Shown here: one piece after another, positions 1-9,673 of the stretch | Position numbering within the stretch: position 1 is the first letter of the stretch | How the letters are laid out: each line of letters opens with the position of its first letter | Assembly: GCA_963764625.1 (NCBI GenBank) | Contig: CAVXTH010000008.1 | Coordinates: forward strand, 32,001-96,000 | Length of the DNA stretch: 64,000 bases | Origin: Candidatus Krumholzibacteriota bacterium | GTDB lineage: Bacteria > Krumholzibacteriota > Krumholzibacteriia > JAJRXK01 | Reading direction: 5' to 3' | Notes under the pieces: model-generated | Seen by the model: the letters and a program-made list of their open reading frames with translations, nothing else | Databases searched by the model: none | Told to the model about the DNA's origin: nothing | Position numbers and translations under genes: made by a program

Positions 1-1218
1 GAGCACGGTGTTGTTGTCGTTGACCAGGGAGAGACTCTGATCGTAGTACCCCAGGTCGGTGTTGTGACCCTGCGTGATGCTTCCTTGGCTTGGAACGATC
101 TCGCGACTGAGTATTCGCAGCAGCGTCGTCTTCCCGGTTCCGTTGGGACCGATGATTCCCACTTTGTCGCCGCGCAGAATCTGGAATTCGAGATCCTGGA
201 ACAGAGTCAGCTTCGCGAAGCAGTGGCTCAGCTTCGCCACTTCGAACACGACCTGTCCGCTCGGGCGCTCGGGGTTCAGATCGAAATTGTATTGCCGGCC
301 CTCGCTGGGCGGCGCCTCGACGCGCTGCAACCGCGCGAGCTGTTTGCGTCGGCTCTTGGCCTGGTTGGTGCGTTGGCCGGCGATATTCTTGCGAATGAAG
401 GCTTCCGTCTTGGCGATCTGTTGGCGCTGCCGGCGGTAGCGCGTTTCCCATTCCGATTTCTGCTCGCTCCATTGCCGCATGAACTTGGTATAGGAACCCT
501 GGAAGCGATCAAGCCGCCCGTTGTAGAGGTGCAGAGTGAAACTCGTGGTGTTGTCGAGAAACGCCCGGTCGTGCGAGATCGCGATGAGCGCGCCCTTGCG
601 CGCGTTGAGAGCTTCTTCCAACCACTCACGCGCATCCAGATCGAGGTGGTTCGTCGGTTCATCGAGAAGGAGCACGTCGTGCGGCGCCAGCATGACAGCC
701 GCGAGTGCTGCGCGACGCTTCTGGCCTCCGCTCAGAGTGTTCACTGCCTGCTCGAAACGGCTCTGGCTGAAGCCGAGTCCCATGAGGGTCGCCTCGCAAC
801 GCGCCTGCATCGTGTAGCCGTCGGCCGTCTCGAAGCGTTCGTGGAGACGACCGTACTCTTCCAGCAGGACCTCGTCGTCTTCGCCCTGCCCCATGCGCTG
901 GGAGAGTTCTTCCAGGCGGCGCTCAACCCCGAGCAAGCCGGCGAAGGCAACGGCCCGCACCGCCTCGAGCAGAGGTTCCTCGCTCTGCAGACTGGTGTCC
1001 TGGGTCAGATAACCCACCGAAACCCTGGAGGCGCGTTGGACTTCGCCACGCAAGGTGCGAAGCTCTCCCGCCAGAAGCCGGATGAGAGTGCTCTTGCCCG
1101 CTCCGTTCACCCCCACCAGGCCGTAGCGCTCTCCCTCGTTCAAAGTGAGGTTCGCGCCGTCGAGGATGACCTGCCGGCCGTAATCGAAACTGACATTTTG
1201 CAGGGTAATGAGGGACAC
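1..1218 (-). CDS. ABC-F family ATP-binding protein (3' end runs off the window)
   Basis: Hand translation from GTG at 1218: MSLITLQNVSFDYGRQVILDGANLTLNEGERYGLVGVNGAGKSTLIR (Walker A). The antisense ORF 64..1380 is its shadow. No permease gene seen in the window. Confidence 0.85.
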   Translation of the reverse strand, partial: MSLITLQNVSFDYGRQVILDGANLTLNEGERYGLVGVNGAGKSTLIRLLAGELRTLRGEVQRASRVSVGYLTQDTSLQSEEPLLEAVRAVAFAGLLGVERRLEELSQRMGQGEDDEVLLEEYGRLHERFETADGYTMQARCEATLMGLGFSQSRFEQAVNTLSGGQKRRAALAAVMLAPHDVLLLDEPTNHLDLDAREWLEEALNARKGALIAISHDRAFLDNTTSFTLHLYNGRLDRFQGSYTKFMRQWSEQKSEWETRYRRQRQQIAKTEAFIRKNIAGQRTNQAKSRRKQLARLQRVEAPPSEGRQYNFDLNPERPSGQVVFEVAKLSHCFAKLTLFQDLEFQILRGDKVGIIGPNGTGKTTLLRILSREIVPSQGSITQGHNTDLGYYDQSLSLVNDNNTVL

Positions 1219-1223
1219 GGCTC

Positions 1224-2360
1224 TCAACTCATGCGGCGCTGCAACCACAGTCCGAAGAAAGGATCGACGAAGCGGATGTCGGCGCCGTTACGATTCAGGA
1301 TTTCCCGCTCGGACAGCACCCGCAGGTTTTTTGCCACGGTGCTGGGCGAGCCCAATCCCAAACGTACCACCATTCTCTGAGAGTGCAGCTTCTCGGTGAA
1401 ACCCTGGGCGATGGCCAGGGCCAGCGTCTTCTGGTGAGCGGAGAGCTGGTCCCACTGGAACTTGAACGCGTACGCCTGTCCTTCCAGGACGTGTGAGAGC
1501 GCGGCCTTGAGGTCGTCGCTGGTGGCGGTGCCCTTCTCCTGCGCCTGTTCGTAGAGGGAGTGCGCCAGCATCTGCACGTAGTGCGGAATGGTATCGGCCA
1601 GGCGCAGAAGCTCGTGGAGGAGCGCGTGCTCGATGCCCACCCCCCGTTCCACGAACAACTGTTCGAGCCCTTCGACCATCGCACCCCGCGGCACCGGCTC
1701 CAGCCGCATTGATTCGGCCAGTCGGTAGAATGGGCTGTGCGGCTCCTCGAAGAGCCGTTCGATGGTGGTGTCCTTGCGCAGGACGAAGACGTAGCTCACG
1801 TGAATCTGCTTGCGCGCCGCATTCGCCACCTCGCGCAAGAGTCCGGGCTGCGCCACCGCGATGAGGTCTTCGAAATCGTCGAAGATGACGGTGAGGGGGC
1901 GGCCACTGCGGCTCTGCATTTCGGCCGGAACCTCGAAAATCCGATCCATCAGGGCCTGAATGTCGCGCTCCCGGTCCCACAGATCCAGTTGCAGGGCGGG
2001 CCGGCCCTCGCCGCTCAGGGTGACCCGGGGCGAGAAATTGGGAATCAACTGCCGGAGAGCCTCCTGCGTGTCCTGCATGGTGCGCGATGGGCTCAGGGTG
2101 AGGGCCGAGGCGTAGAGCTCGGCGAAGCGACGCGGGTTCAAGGCGGGGAGCAGATCGACGTAGGCCAGGTCCATCTTCCCCTTGGCGCCCGCCCTCGCGA
2201 CCGCGGCCAAAAGGCTACTCTTCCCGATGCCCCGCGGACCCACCAGGGCCAGATTGCGGGCCTCGAGCAGAAGGGTCAGAATCCGCTCCCGTTCGGCCTC
2301 GCGGTCGATGAGGAGCGCCTGGTCGACGGGACTCCCGAAGCGGAAGGGATTGGCGGGCAT
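1224..2360 (-). CDS. AAA/archaeal-type ATPase with C-terminal winged-helix-like region
   Basis: Start MPANPFRFG; Walker A GPRGIGKS; Walker B VIFDDF; C-terminal FVDPFFGLWL typical of this family. Confidence 0.8.
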   Translation of the reverse strand: MPANPFRFGSPVDQALLIDREAERERILTLLLEARNLALVGPRGIGKSSLLAAVARAGAKGKMDLAYVDLLPALNPRRFAELYASALTLSPSRTMQDTQEALRQLIPNFSPRVTLSGEGRPALQLDLWDRERDIQALMDRIFEVPAEMQSRSGRPLTVIFDDFEDLIAVAQPGLLREVANAARKQIHVSYVFVLRKDTTIERLFEEPHSPFYRLAESMRLEPVPRGAMVEGLEQLFVERGVGIEHALLHELLRLADTIPHYVQMLAHSLYEQAQEKGTATSDDLKAALSHVLEGQAYAFKFQWDQLSAHQKTLALAIAQGFTEKLHSQRMVVRLGLGSPSTVAKNLRVLSEREILNRNGADIRFVDPFFGLWLQRRMS

Positions 2361-2471
2361 GAAGGCGATCCTCGCTCGAGCGAAGGGGAAGCAAGGCGCG
2401 CGGTCTACAACGAGACGGCGATCTCTCACCCAGCGGCACTTTACTACTTGGTGCAATACCAGAAAAGATAC

Positions 2472-2500
2472 TTGCACACCACTTGCCAGTAAAGTATACA
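2472..2500 (+). promoter_or_regulatory. sigma70-like promoter
   Basis: TTGCAC-N17-TATACA in an AT-rich patch, with no credible CDS downstream on +. Confidence 0.55.
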
Positions 2501-2505
2501 TGGCC

Positions 2506-2790
2506 ATGATCCTGGGCGGTAGAATGGACGAGTTTCTCGTTCTGTCGTCGTTTGGTCGGACGGTGCGGATCGGGGGGCGTGGGGCACCCGGATTGCGTTG
2601 TCCTTCACCACGGTCTCTGGGCAATTGCCCGTAGGATATCGGCTTTGCCGGTGACCCCCGTGGCTTGAACGAAGAGCAGAGGCTGATGGCGGCCTACCGC
2701 CCGGATCACTGGATTACCGGAAAACGGTGAACGTGGTTAGCCGAACGGTGATCGAGAGAGAAGGGGGCCTTCGTGGCCCCCTTCTTCGTT
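2506..2790 (+). ncRNA. candidate structured ncRNA, possibly 6S-like
   Basis: TGATCCTGGGCGGTAG (2507-2522) pairs with CTACCGCCCGGATCA (2694-2708), 15 bp with 1 bulge, closing a ~200-nt domain. Inner helices CGGGGG/CCCCCG and TGTCCT/AGGATA. Flanked by a promoter and a terminator. Confidence 0.55.
2759..2790 (+). terminator. intrinsic terminator, possibly bidirectional
   Basis: AGAAGGGGGCC-TTCGT-GGCCCCCTTCT (11-bp stem) followed by TCGTT; lies downstream of the convergent gene. Confidence 0.75.
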
Positions 2791-2825
2791 CCGCGCGAGT
2801 TTTCTAAGCCTGGCCGGCGCCTCCG

Positions 2826-3542
2826 CTAGCGCCCGTCCCGCAGCCTCCGCCAGGAGTACTCCGGTAGTCCCGCTTCCTGGTACGCGGCAACGGTTTTCTC
2901 GATGTCGTACTCCAGACGAATCTGGTCGAGGCGGGCCGCGGCGGTGTCGACCACGCAGTAGGCGCTGCGATTGTCGCGATCGCGCGGTTGGCCCACGCTC
3001 CCCGGGTTGATGAGGTAGCGCCGGTCGTATTCGAGCTCCATCCCCTCCAGCGGTCCTGCCGCGAGGCGGCTCCCATCGTGCACGAACTGCAGATGGGAAT
3101 GGCCACAGAAGGTGAGCCAATAGCGGGCGTGGCCCAGCATCCCCTCGATTTGGGGCAGGAAAATGAGATACTCGTCGCGGTCGTCGGGAGAACCGTGCGA
3201 GAGCTGGATCTCCTCTCCGATCACCAGGGTGGGCTCCAGGGTCTTCAGGAACTCGTATTGTTCTTCTTCGATCGCGCTGCGACTGTACTCGATGGCCAGC
3301 CGGGCGAATTCGTTGAATCTCCCGGCAGTGGGTTCGTTCAGAAGTGCCGCCTCGTGGTTTCCCTGGAGAATGCGGCAGTCGAGCGCGCGCAAGAGCTCCA
3401 GGCATTCTCCGGGATGAGGACCGTAGCCCACCACGTCGCCCAGGCAGGCGTATCCGTCCACCTCGCGCGCGGCCGCGTCTTGAAGCACCGTCTCGAGCGC
3501 GGCGAGATTGCCATGGATGTCGGCCAGAATGCACAGGCGCAT
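2826..3542 (-). CDS. metallophosphoesterase (calcineurin-like)
   Basis: Motifs DIHGN, LGDVVGYG, GNHE, HGSP, GHSH, INPGSVGQPRD. Confidence 0.92.
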   Translation of the reverse strand: MRLCILADIHGNLAALETVLQDAAAREVDGYACLGDVVGYGPHPGECLELLRALDCRILQGNHEAALLNEPTAGRFNEFARLAIEYSRSAIEEEQYEFLKTLEPTLVIGEEIQLSHGSPDDRDEYLIFLPQIEGMLGHARYWLTFCGHSHLQFVHDGSRLAAGPLEGMELEYDRRYLINPGSVGQPRDRDNRSAYCVVDTAAARLDQIRLEYDIEKTVAAYQEAGLPEYSWRRLRDGR

Positions 3543-3644
3543 GGGAGAGCGACCTTTCGAAGATGAGGTGTCCCAAAACGTACCACACCCGGAGCCCCGC
3601 CGCCGTAGGGAAAGCGGCACGGCGCTTGCCTTTGCGAGGCTGAA

Positions 3645-4384
3645 ATGACCCCTCTCCTCATAGCCCACCGAGGCGACAGCGCCCACGCACCGGAAAATAC
3701 TCTGCCCGCGTTCGAGCAGGCGGTGGACCGGGGCGCCGACTGGATCGAGATGGACCTGACGCTCGCACGCGACGACGAAGTGGTCGTGAGTCACGATTTC
3801 AGCCTCTGGCGGCGCGCCCGCTCACGCCGGCGGCTGCGCGATTTGAGCGCCGGCAACTGGCCCGCGTCGACGTCTCCCGCGGCTTTCCCGCTTTCTCGCC
3901 CACCGGCGTACCCCGCTTCGAAGAGGTGTTGGCCAGGGTCGGCACCCAGGTTCCTCTCTACCTGGAGCTCAAGTCACAAGGGGAAGGAAGGCGCCGCGCC
4001 GCGAATCGGCGCCTGCTCGAGCGCTGCCTCCGGCTGGTCCCGCGCTCCTCGCCGCATGCCCTGGCCTCGTTCGACACCGGTCTGGTGCGAGGCGCCTTGG
4101 AGGCGAAGCGCCGGGCCATCTTGATTCTATCCGACCCGGCGTCTCTGGCGCGGCTGAATCCCGCGCAGCGTCGCGCGCTCTACGCGGTGAGCGTACGCTA
4201 CGACCTCATCTCTACCGTCTTCTTTGAGCGATTGCTCGAGGAAGGACATAGAGTCTGGGTCTGGACGGTGGACGATCCGCGCCAGGTGGAGCACGCGCTC
4301 AAGCGCGGCGCCAAGGGAATCTGCGGAAACGACGTCGCCAAAATCAAAGTCGCGTTGCGACGCCACGAGGGGAGCTCGAAGTGA
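3645..4384 (+). CDS. glycerophosphodiester phosphodiesterase (1-nt frameshift near 3850)
   Basis: IAHRG...PENTL...EMD N-terminus. It continues in another frame as RQLARVDVS...VPRFEEVL...LELK...VWVWTVDD. About 246 aa if one base is restored. Overlaps the glpD start. Confidence 0.85.
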
Positions 4385-5946
4385 ACGCGCGCGACATCAC
4401 CGAGCTCGCCGCGCGTCGATTCGACCTGATCGTGGTGGGAGGCGGCATCGCGGGTTGTGGCATCGCCCGTGACGCCGCGCTGCGTGGCCTTTCGGTTCTG
4501 CTCGTCGAAAAGGACGATTTCGCTTCGGCCACCAGTAGCGCCAGCTCCAAACTGGTCCACGGCGGTCTGCGATACCTGGAGTACTTCCGCTTCGGTCTGG
4601 TTCGCGAGAGCCTTCGCGAGCGCGAGACCCTGCTGCGCATCGCACCGCACCTCGTCCGTTCCCTTCCGTTCCTACTTCCGGTCTATCGCAATACAGGGCG
4701 CCCGCTCTGGAAACTCCGCGCGGGACTCGCGCTCTACGATCTTCTCTCGGCGCGCATGAGCTTGGGCCGGCACCGAATGCTTTCGGCGGAAGAAATCGCC
4801 GCCGAAGAGCCTCGCTTGCATACGGCGGGGCTGAGCGGTGGCTTCCACTTTCACGACGCCCAGATGAACGACGCGCGCATGGTCCTGGAAAACGCGCTCG
4901 ACGCGCAGGCCCATGGGGCGCTGTTGCTGAGTCGCGTCGAATGCAAAGATCTGCTGGTGCGAGACGGGCACGTCGTCGGAGTTCATCTCCGCGATACTCT
5001 CGACGGTCAACGGGTCCAGGTACAAGCGAAGATCGTGGTGAACGCGGCCGGTCCCTGGTACGCGCGCGTCTTGGGCATGCAGAGCCTTACGCAGAGGGTA
5101 CGGCCTCGGCTGAGCCGCGGTACTCACATCGTCATTCCGTCCATCACCCAGGGACATGGAGTTCTGCTCCAGTCCCGCCAGGATCGTCGCGTGCTGTTCG
5201 CCCTGCCCTGGAAAGGTCAGAGTCTGGTCGGAACCACCGAGGCGGAACACCAGGGAGAGCCGGAGGACCTGAGAGTCCCCCGGGAGGACATCGAGTACCT
5301 GCTGCGCGAGATCAACAGCTACTTTCCGAGCCGGAAGGCGGGTGAGTGGAAAGTTCTCTCTTCCTTCGTGGGTCTGCGCACGCTTCTCCCCGACGACTCC
5401 AAGCTGGGTGAAGTGAGCCGTGAGGCACAGGTACGAGAGGAAGCGCCCGGCCTGGTGTGCGTACTGGGCGGCAAGTTCACCACTTACCGCGCGGTCGCCG
5501 AGCGCACGGTCGATCTGGTCTCGCTTCTGATCGGGGTGAAGTCCAAGCTGGCGTGTCGAACCGCGGAACTCCCACTACCCGGCGGCGACATTCCGGAGAT
5601 GAACGATTACTTCCGCGTGGCGGAAAAGCTCCTGGTCCGCGAGACGAATCTGCCTCTGCCGACTCTGCGCTATCTGCTGGGAACTTACGGCGGCCGTCAC
5701 ACCGCCATTTTGAAATCGCTGCGCGAGCACCCGGAGTGGGCTGAGCCCTTGGAGAAAGATCTCCCGTTCACCATCGCCGAGGTCGTGCATGCGGTTCGCC
5801 ACGAACACGCGCTCACTCTCTCCGACCTGATCTGGCGGCGCACATGGAGAGCCTATCTCGGACCCCTGGACGACGTGGCGGCCGGCCGCTGGGAGGCGGC
5901 ACTCCGGGAGGGACTGCAGGGAAAGCCGCGGCGCATCCTGGTGTGA
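4381..5946 (+). CDS. glpD: FAD-dependent glycerol-3-phosphate dehydrogenase
   Basis: GGGIAG FAD motif, TSSASSKLVHGGLRYLE, GGKFTTYR. Confidence 0.92.
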   Translation: MNARDITELAARRFDLIVVGGGIAGCGIARDAALRGLSVLLVEKDDFASATSSASSKLVHGGLRYLEYFRFGLVRESLRERETLLRIAPHLVRSLPFLLPVYRNTGRPLWKLRAGLALYDLLSARMSLGRHRMLSAEEIAAEEPRLHTAGLSGGFHFHDAQMNDARMVLENALDAQAHGALLLSRVECKDLLVRDGHVVGVHLRDTLDGQRVQVQAKIVVNAAGPWYARVLGMQSLTQRVRPRLSRGTHIVIPSITQGHGVLLQSRQDRRVLFALPWKGQSLVGTTEAEHQGEPEDLRVPREDIEYLLREINSYFPSRKAGEWKVLSSFVGLRTLLPDDSKLGEVSREAQVREEAPGLVCVLGGKFTTYRAVAERTVDLVSLLIGVKSKLACRTAELPLPGGDIPEMNDYFRVAEKLLVRETNLPLPTLRYLLGTYGGRHTAILKSLREHPEWAEPLEKDLPFTIAEVVHAVRHEHALTLSDLIWRRTWRAYLGPLDDVAAGRWEAALREGLQGKPRRILV

Positions 5947-5950
5947 ACTC

Positions 5951-6730
5951 TCAGATGCTGCGCATCCGTCCCCCGTCGATCGCGATGCTCTGCCCGCGCA
6001 GGTAGGCCGCCTCGGGCGAGGCGAGGTAGGCGATGAGTTCGCCCAGTTCGCCCGGTTGCGCCAACCGGCCCTCGGGAATCTGAGCCAACCATTCTCTCTC
6101 GATCAGCTCTTGATCGACTCCCCGCGAGCGCGCCAGAGCGCTCTTGAGCTCGGCCAGCCGTTCGGTGTCGGTGAAGCCGGGGAGCACGTTGTTGATCGTC
6201 ACGCCGGGCGGCAGCTCCTGCGAGACCGACTTGGCCCATCCGGCCATCGCGGCGCGCGTCGTGTTACTCACCCCCAAACCGGGGATGGGTTCGTAAACGG
6301 AAGTGGACACCACGTTGATCACGCGTCCGAAACCCTCCGCCCGCATCCCCGGCAAGCAGATCTGCACCAGGAGGTGTGAGGCGAGAACGTGACGCGAGAA
6401 CGCACGCAGGAAATCTTCTCCGCCCGCGTCCAGAATGGGGCCCAAAGGGGGACCACCCGTGTTATTCACGAGCACATGAATCACACCGTGCTCGCTCAGG
6501 TGCTTCCGGACGCTCTCCTCCAGCTTGGGGCGATCGTCCAGGTCAGCCGCCAACACCTCGACCGTCGGCGCGCCCTCCTGCCTCAGTTGCCCGGCGAGCT
6601 CCTCGAGAACTGGTCCTCGACGTGACAAAAGCGTCAGGGCATGTCCTCGTCGCGCCAACGCGACAGCGGCCGCCCGGCCGATTCCCATGCTGGCTCCGCA
6701 GACCAGCGCGTGGTGAGTTCGTGGAGACAT
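5951..6730 (-). CDS. SDR family oxidoreductase (atypical, 3-oxoacyl reductase-like)
   Basis: CGASMGIG, VNNTGGP, SNTTR in place of YxxxK, IDGG C-terminus. Confidence 0.88.
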   Translation of the reverse strand: MSPRTHHALVCGASMGIGRAAAVALARRGHALTLLSRRGPVLEELAGQLRQEGAPTVEVLAADLDDRPKLEESVRKHLSEHGVIHVLVNNTGGPPLGPILDAGGEDFLRAFSRHVLASHLLVQICLPGMRAEGFGRVINVVSTSVYEPIPGLGVSNTTRAAMAGWAKSVSQELPPGVTINNVLPGFTDTERLAELKSALARSRGVDQELIEREWLAQIPEGRLAQPGELGELIAYLASPEAAYLRGQSIAIDGGRMRSI

Positions 6731-6952
6731 GATTTGCTCGCTTTCCCTCTGGTGCCCCCACCGGTGCTGCCTTTTCGCAGCGGGGCTCGAACTCGGCGTG
6801 GGCTCGCCTTGAAACTCCCGGGCTGAGCTTAGATCTTGGCCGGATTCGACTCCAGCCTTTCCGGAAGCCGCTCGCGTCCGCCCTCGATTCCTGGTATTCT
6901 CTTTTGGCGCTGATTGGGCTCTACTTCGCATCACTCCGCTCGCAGGTCGGCC

Positions 6953-8668
6953 GTGGCACCCTCTTCTGAGAATGACGAACTCCTGAAGCAATATCGCTGT
7001 CTCGAGGAACGGCTCGCCGAACTGGAAGAATTCAAGCTGAAACACGAAGCTACCGAGCGGGCCCTTCGTGAGAGCGAGGAGAAATTCCGTCTCATCTCCG
7101 AACAGTCCATGATCGCGATCTCCGTCATCCAGGACGGCGCGTTCAAGTACTGCAACGAGACCTTCCTGCGCCTGGTCGAGTATCAACTCGACGAAATCCG
7201 TGAAATGAAATCGCTGGAGAGCATTTCCCGGCTCATTCATCCGGACGATCGAGAATTCGTCGTCGGGCAGATCACGCGCAAGATGCGTGGCGACAAAGAC
7301 GTGGTCACGAACTATCCCATGCGCTTGCTCACCTCCTCCGGCTCGGTCCGCTGGGCGGAGATCTACTCGAAGACCGTGATCTTCCAAGGGCGGCCCGCCG
7401 ATCTCGTCACGATGACCGACATCACCATGCGCAAGCGCGCGGAAGAAGAGCGTGCCAGCTTACAGGCTCAGGTTTTCCAGGCCCAGAAACTGGAGAGTCT
7501 GGGTGTCTTTACCGGCGGCATCGCTCATGACTTCAACAATCTGTTGTGCAGCATTCTGGGCAGCGCCGAACTGGCCCTACGCGAACTTCCCCAAGGCGAT
7601 AGGGCTAGAGCCCACATGGAGGAGATCCACCACGCGGCCGAGCACGGAACCGAACTCTGCCGTCAGATGCTGGCCTACGCCGGTAAGGCCGCGCCCGGGA
7701 GGGTCGCCATCGATCTCGTCGAACTCATTCGCGAGATGGACCGACTGTTTCGAATCTCCATTTCCCGCGACATCGAATTGCAGGTGGAAGCACCCTCGTC
7801 TCTGTCCACGATCAACGGTGACCCGAGCCAGATTCGACAGATCCTCCTCAATCTGGTCATCAATGCCTCGGAAGCTTTCGAGGGAAAAATGGGCAGCATC
7901 ATGATTCGGTTGGGAGAGGAACACTGCGAGCCAAAGGTGTTGACCTCCCCCTGGCTGAATCAGGATCTCCCGGCGGGGGAGTACGTCTACCTAGAGGTAG
8001 AGGATGACGGGAGGGGGATGGACGAGGCCACTCTCTTGCGGGTTTTCGACCCCTTCTTCTCCACCAAGTTCACGGGCCGCGGTCTCGGTCTGGCATCGAC
8101 GCTGGGGATCATCAAGGAACACAAGGGGAGCATCCAGGTCGAGAGCGCCTTGGGTAAGGGGACCCGGTTCCGCATTCGCTTTCCCGCCGCCGAGGGCGTG
8201 GCGGCGCAACGCAAGCGGATCGAGGCCGACCGGGAATGGGCGGGCAGTGGACTGGCCCTGCTCATCGAAGACGAGGAATCGGTTCGGGTGGTCACGCGAC
8301 GCCTGCTGGAAAACCTGGGCCTCCAAGTAGAAATGGCGAACAACGGGGTGGAGGGACTGGCAAAGTTCGGGGAGAGACCGCAGGATTTTCAGCTCGTGAT
8401 CGCGGACATGATCATGCCCCAGCTCGGCGGCGAAAAGGTTCTCGAGGAGATTCGCAAACGCCGGAGTGACCTGCCCGTCCTGTTGACCAGCGGATTCAAC
8501 CAAACCGACGCCGCTCACACTCCGGCGCGTGATCCCAAGACGGAATTCCTGCCCAAACCCTTTGGTCTGAGCGAGCTGCGCAAAATCCTCGCCCGCCTCT
8601 TGCAACCGGGACCCGATCAGTCGACGAAGAAGTCGGGAAAGAGCTCGGCTCCGGGTTCCATCGCGTAG
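6953..8668 (+). CDS. PAS-domain hybrid sensor histidine kinase/response regulator
   Basis: PAS (IHPDDR), H-box GIAHDFNNLL, N-box, G-boxes DDGRGM and GRGLGL, receiver domain (IEDE, ADMIMP, LPKPF). No TM segment seen. Start uncertain (6914 or 6953). Confidence 0.92.
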   Translation: MAPSSENDELLKQYRCLEERLAELEEFKLKHEATERALRESEEKFRLISEQSMIAISVIQDGAFKYCNETFLRLVEYQLDEIREMKSLESISRLIHPDDREFVVGQITRKMRGDKDVVTNYPMRLLTSSGSVRWAEIYSKTVIFQGRPADLVTMTDITMRKRAEEERASLQAQVFQAQKLESLGVFTGGIAHDFNNLLCSILGSAELALRELPQGDRARAHMEEIHHAAEHGTELCRQMLAYAGKAAPGRVAIDLVELIREMDRLFRISISRDIELQVEAPSSLSTINGDPSQIRQILLNLVINASEAFEGKMGSIMIRLGEEHCEPKVLTSPWLNQDLPAGEYVYLEVEDDGRGMDEATLLRVFDPFFSTKFTGRGLGLASTLGIIKEHKGSIQVESALGKGTRFRIRFPAAEGVAAQRKRIEADREWAGSGLALLIEDEESVRVVTRRLLENLGLQVEMANNGVEGLAKFGERPQDFQLVIADMIMPQLGGEKVLEEIRKRRSDLPVLLTSGFNQTDAAHTPARDPKTEFLPKPFGLSELRKILARLLQPGPDQSTKKSGKSSAPGSIA

Positions 8669-9441
8669 TTCTCGAAATCGCGCACCCCTTCTTCGCGCAA
8701 TACTTCCTCGTCCAAGTAGAACCGCCCGCTGTGATGACGACTCTCTCGGGTCAAGATGGCGTGCGCCGCGTCGCCCATGATCGATGGTTTGCGGCTCCTG
8801 CGAATCACGGGCTCGCCGCCCAGGAGGTTGCGTACCGCCGCGGTGGCAATGGCGGTCTTGGGCCACAGAGCGTTCACCGCTACGCCACGGTCCTTAAATT
8901 CCGCGCTCATCCCGAGCACCCAAACGCTCATGCCGTACTTGGACAGGCTGTACGGCGCGTGGTCCTTGAACCACTTCGCATCCCAGTTCAACGGAGGCGA
9001 GATGTTCAAGACATGGGGGTTCTCCGCTTTTAAGAGCCAGGGAAGACAGCTTTGCGTGCAGAGAAACGCGGCGCGGGTGTTCACCGCGAAGAGCCGGTCG
9101 AAGGTGCGCACTTTCGTTTCGAGGGTGCCGGTGAGAGAAAGCGCGCCCGCGTTGTTCACCAGAATGTCGAGTTTGCCGAAGTGCGCGACCGTTGCCTTTA
9201 CCGCGGCCACGACTTCCTCCTCGTGCCGAACGTCACATTGCAGGGCGAGTGCTTTCCCGCCGGCTTGTTCCACCTCCGCCGCCGCGGTGTGGATCGTGCC
9301 CGGGAGCTTGGGGTTTTCGCGCACCGTTTTGGCAGCCAGCGCCACACCGGCCCCGTCTTTAGCCGCGCGGAGGGCGATCGCCTTGCCGATGCCACGGCTC
9401 GCGCCGGTGATGAAGAGGACTTTTCCTTTCAAATCGCCCAT
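8617..9441 (-). CDS. NAD(P)-dependent SDR (HSDL2-like)
   Basis: TGASRGIG, KLPGTIH, YSLSK, NALWPKTAIATAA. Confidence 0.9.
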   Translation of the reverse strand: MGDLKGKVLFITGASRGIGKAIALRAAKDGAGVALAAKTVRENPKLPGTIHTAAAEVEQAGGKALALQCDVRHEEEVVAAVKATVAHFGKLDILVNNAGALSLTGTLETKVRTFDRLFAVNTRAAFLCTQSCLPWLLKAENPHVLNISPPLNWDAKWFKDHAPYSLSKYGMSVWVLGMSAEFKDRGVAVNALWPKTAIATAAVRNLLGGEPVIRRSRKPSIMGDAAHAILTRESRHHSGRFYLDEEVLREEGVRDFENYAMEPGAELFPDFFVD

Positions 9442-9586
9442 GGAACCTCACTTGCCGATGCCGCGGACACGAACCCACGCTTTAGATGGCTCCCGGTCCC
9501 CGGTGTTTCCCGCGTTTCTGCCCGCCTTCTCTTCGGTCCATTCTGCGCGCGACCACCCAAGGCGGCAAGCCGTGAGCTCAGCCACC

Positions 9587-9615
9587 TTGAATCCCCTGCA
9601 CCGCCGCTCTATGTT
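9587..9615 (+). promoter_or_regulatory. sigma70-like promoter of ftcd
   Basis: TTGAAT-N17-TATGTT about 60 nt upstream of the ATG. Confidence 0.5.
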
Positions 9616-9673
9616 CAGGATCCACATTCTGAGAGCCCAGTTTTTTCCAGGTCCCAGTTTCAGGGGGGCAGGC

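Noticed and set aside
64-1380. Long antisense or alternate-frame ORFs (e.g. 64..1380, 11899..13710, 44786..47065, 40577..42136)
   Set aside because: Shadows of genes with strong family motifs, typical of high-GC DNA; no motifs of their own.
2680-2698. GCTGATGGCGGCCTAC resembling the 3' half of a fluoride riboswitch
   Set aside because: The 5' GGNGATG...CC half is missing, the spacing is off and there is no downstream gene.
6790-6866. tRNA/tmRNA-like fragments (CTTGAAA loop, a hairpin, GGATTCGACTCC)
   Set aside because: No anticodon stem around CTTGAAA, no acceptor-stem partner and no CCA; it does not fold as tRNA-Ser/Sec or as a tmRNA 5' end.
8756-9673. N-terminal extensions in the ORF track (ftcd 867 aa, bcrC 551 aa, bcrA 674 aa, SDR 478 aa) suggesting fusions
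   Set aside because: The extensions overlap neighbouring real genes; internal starts with an RBS or stop-start overlap fit family lengths.
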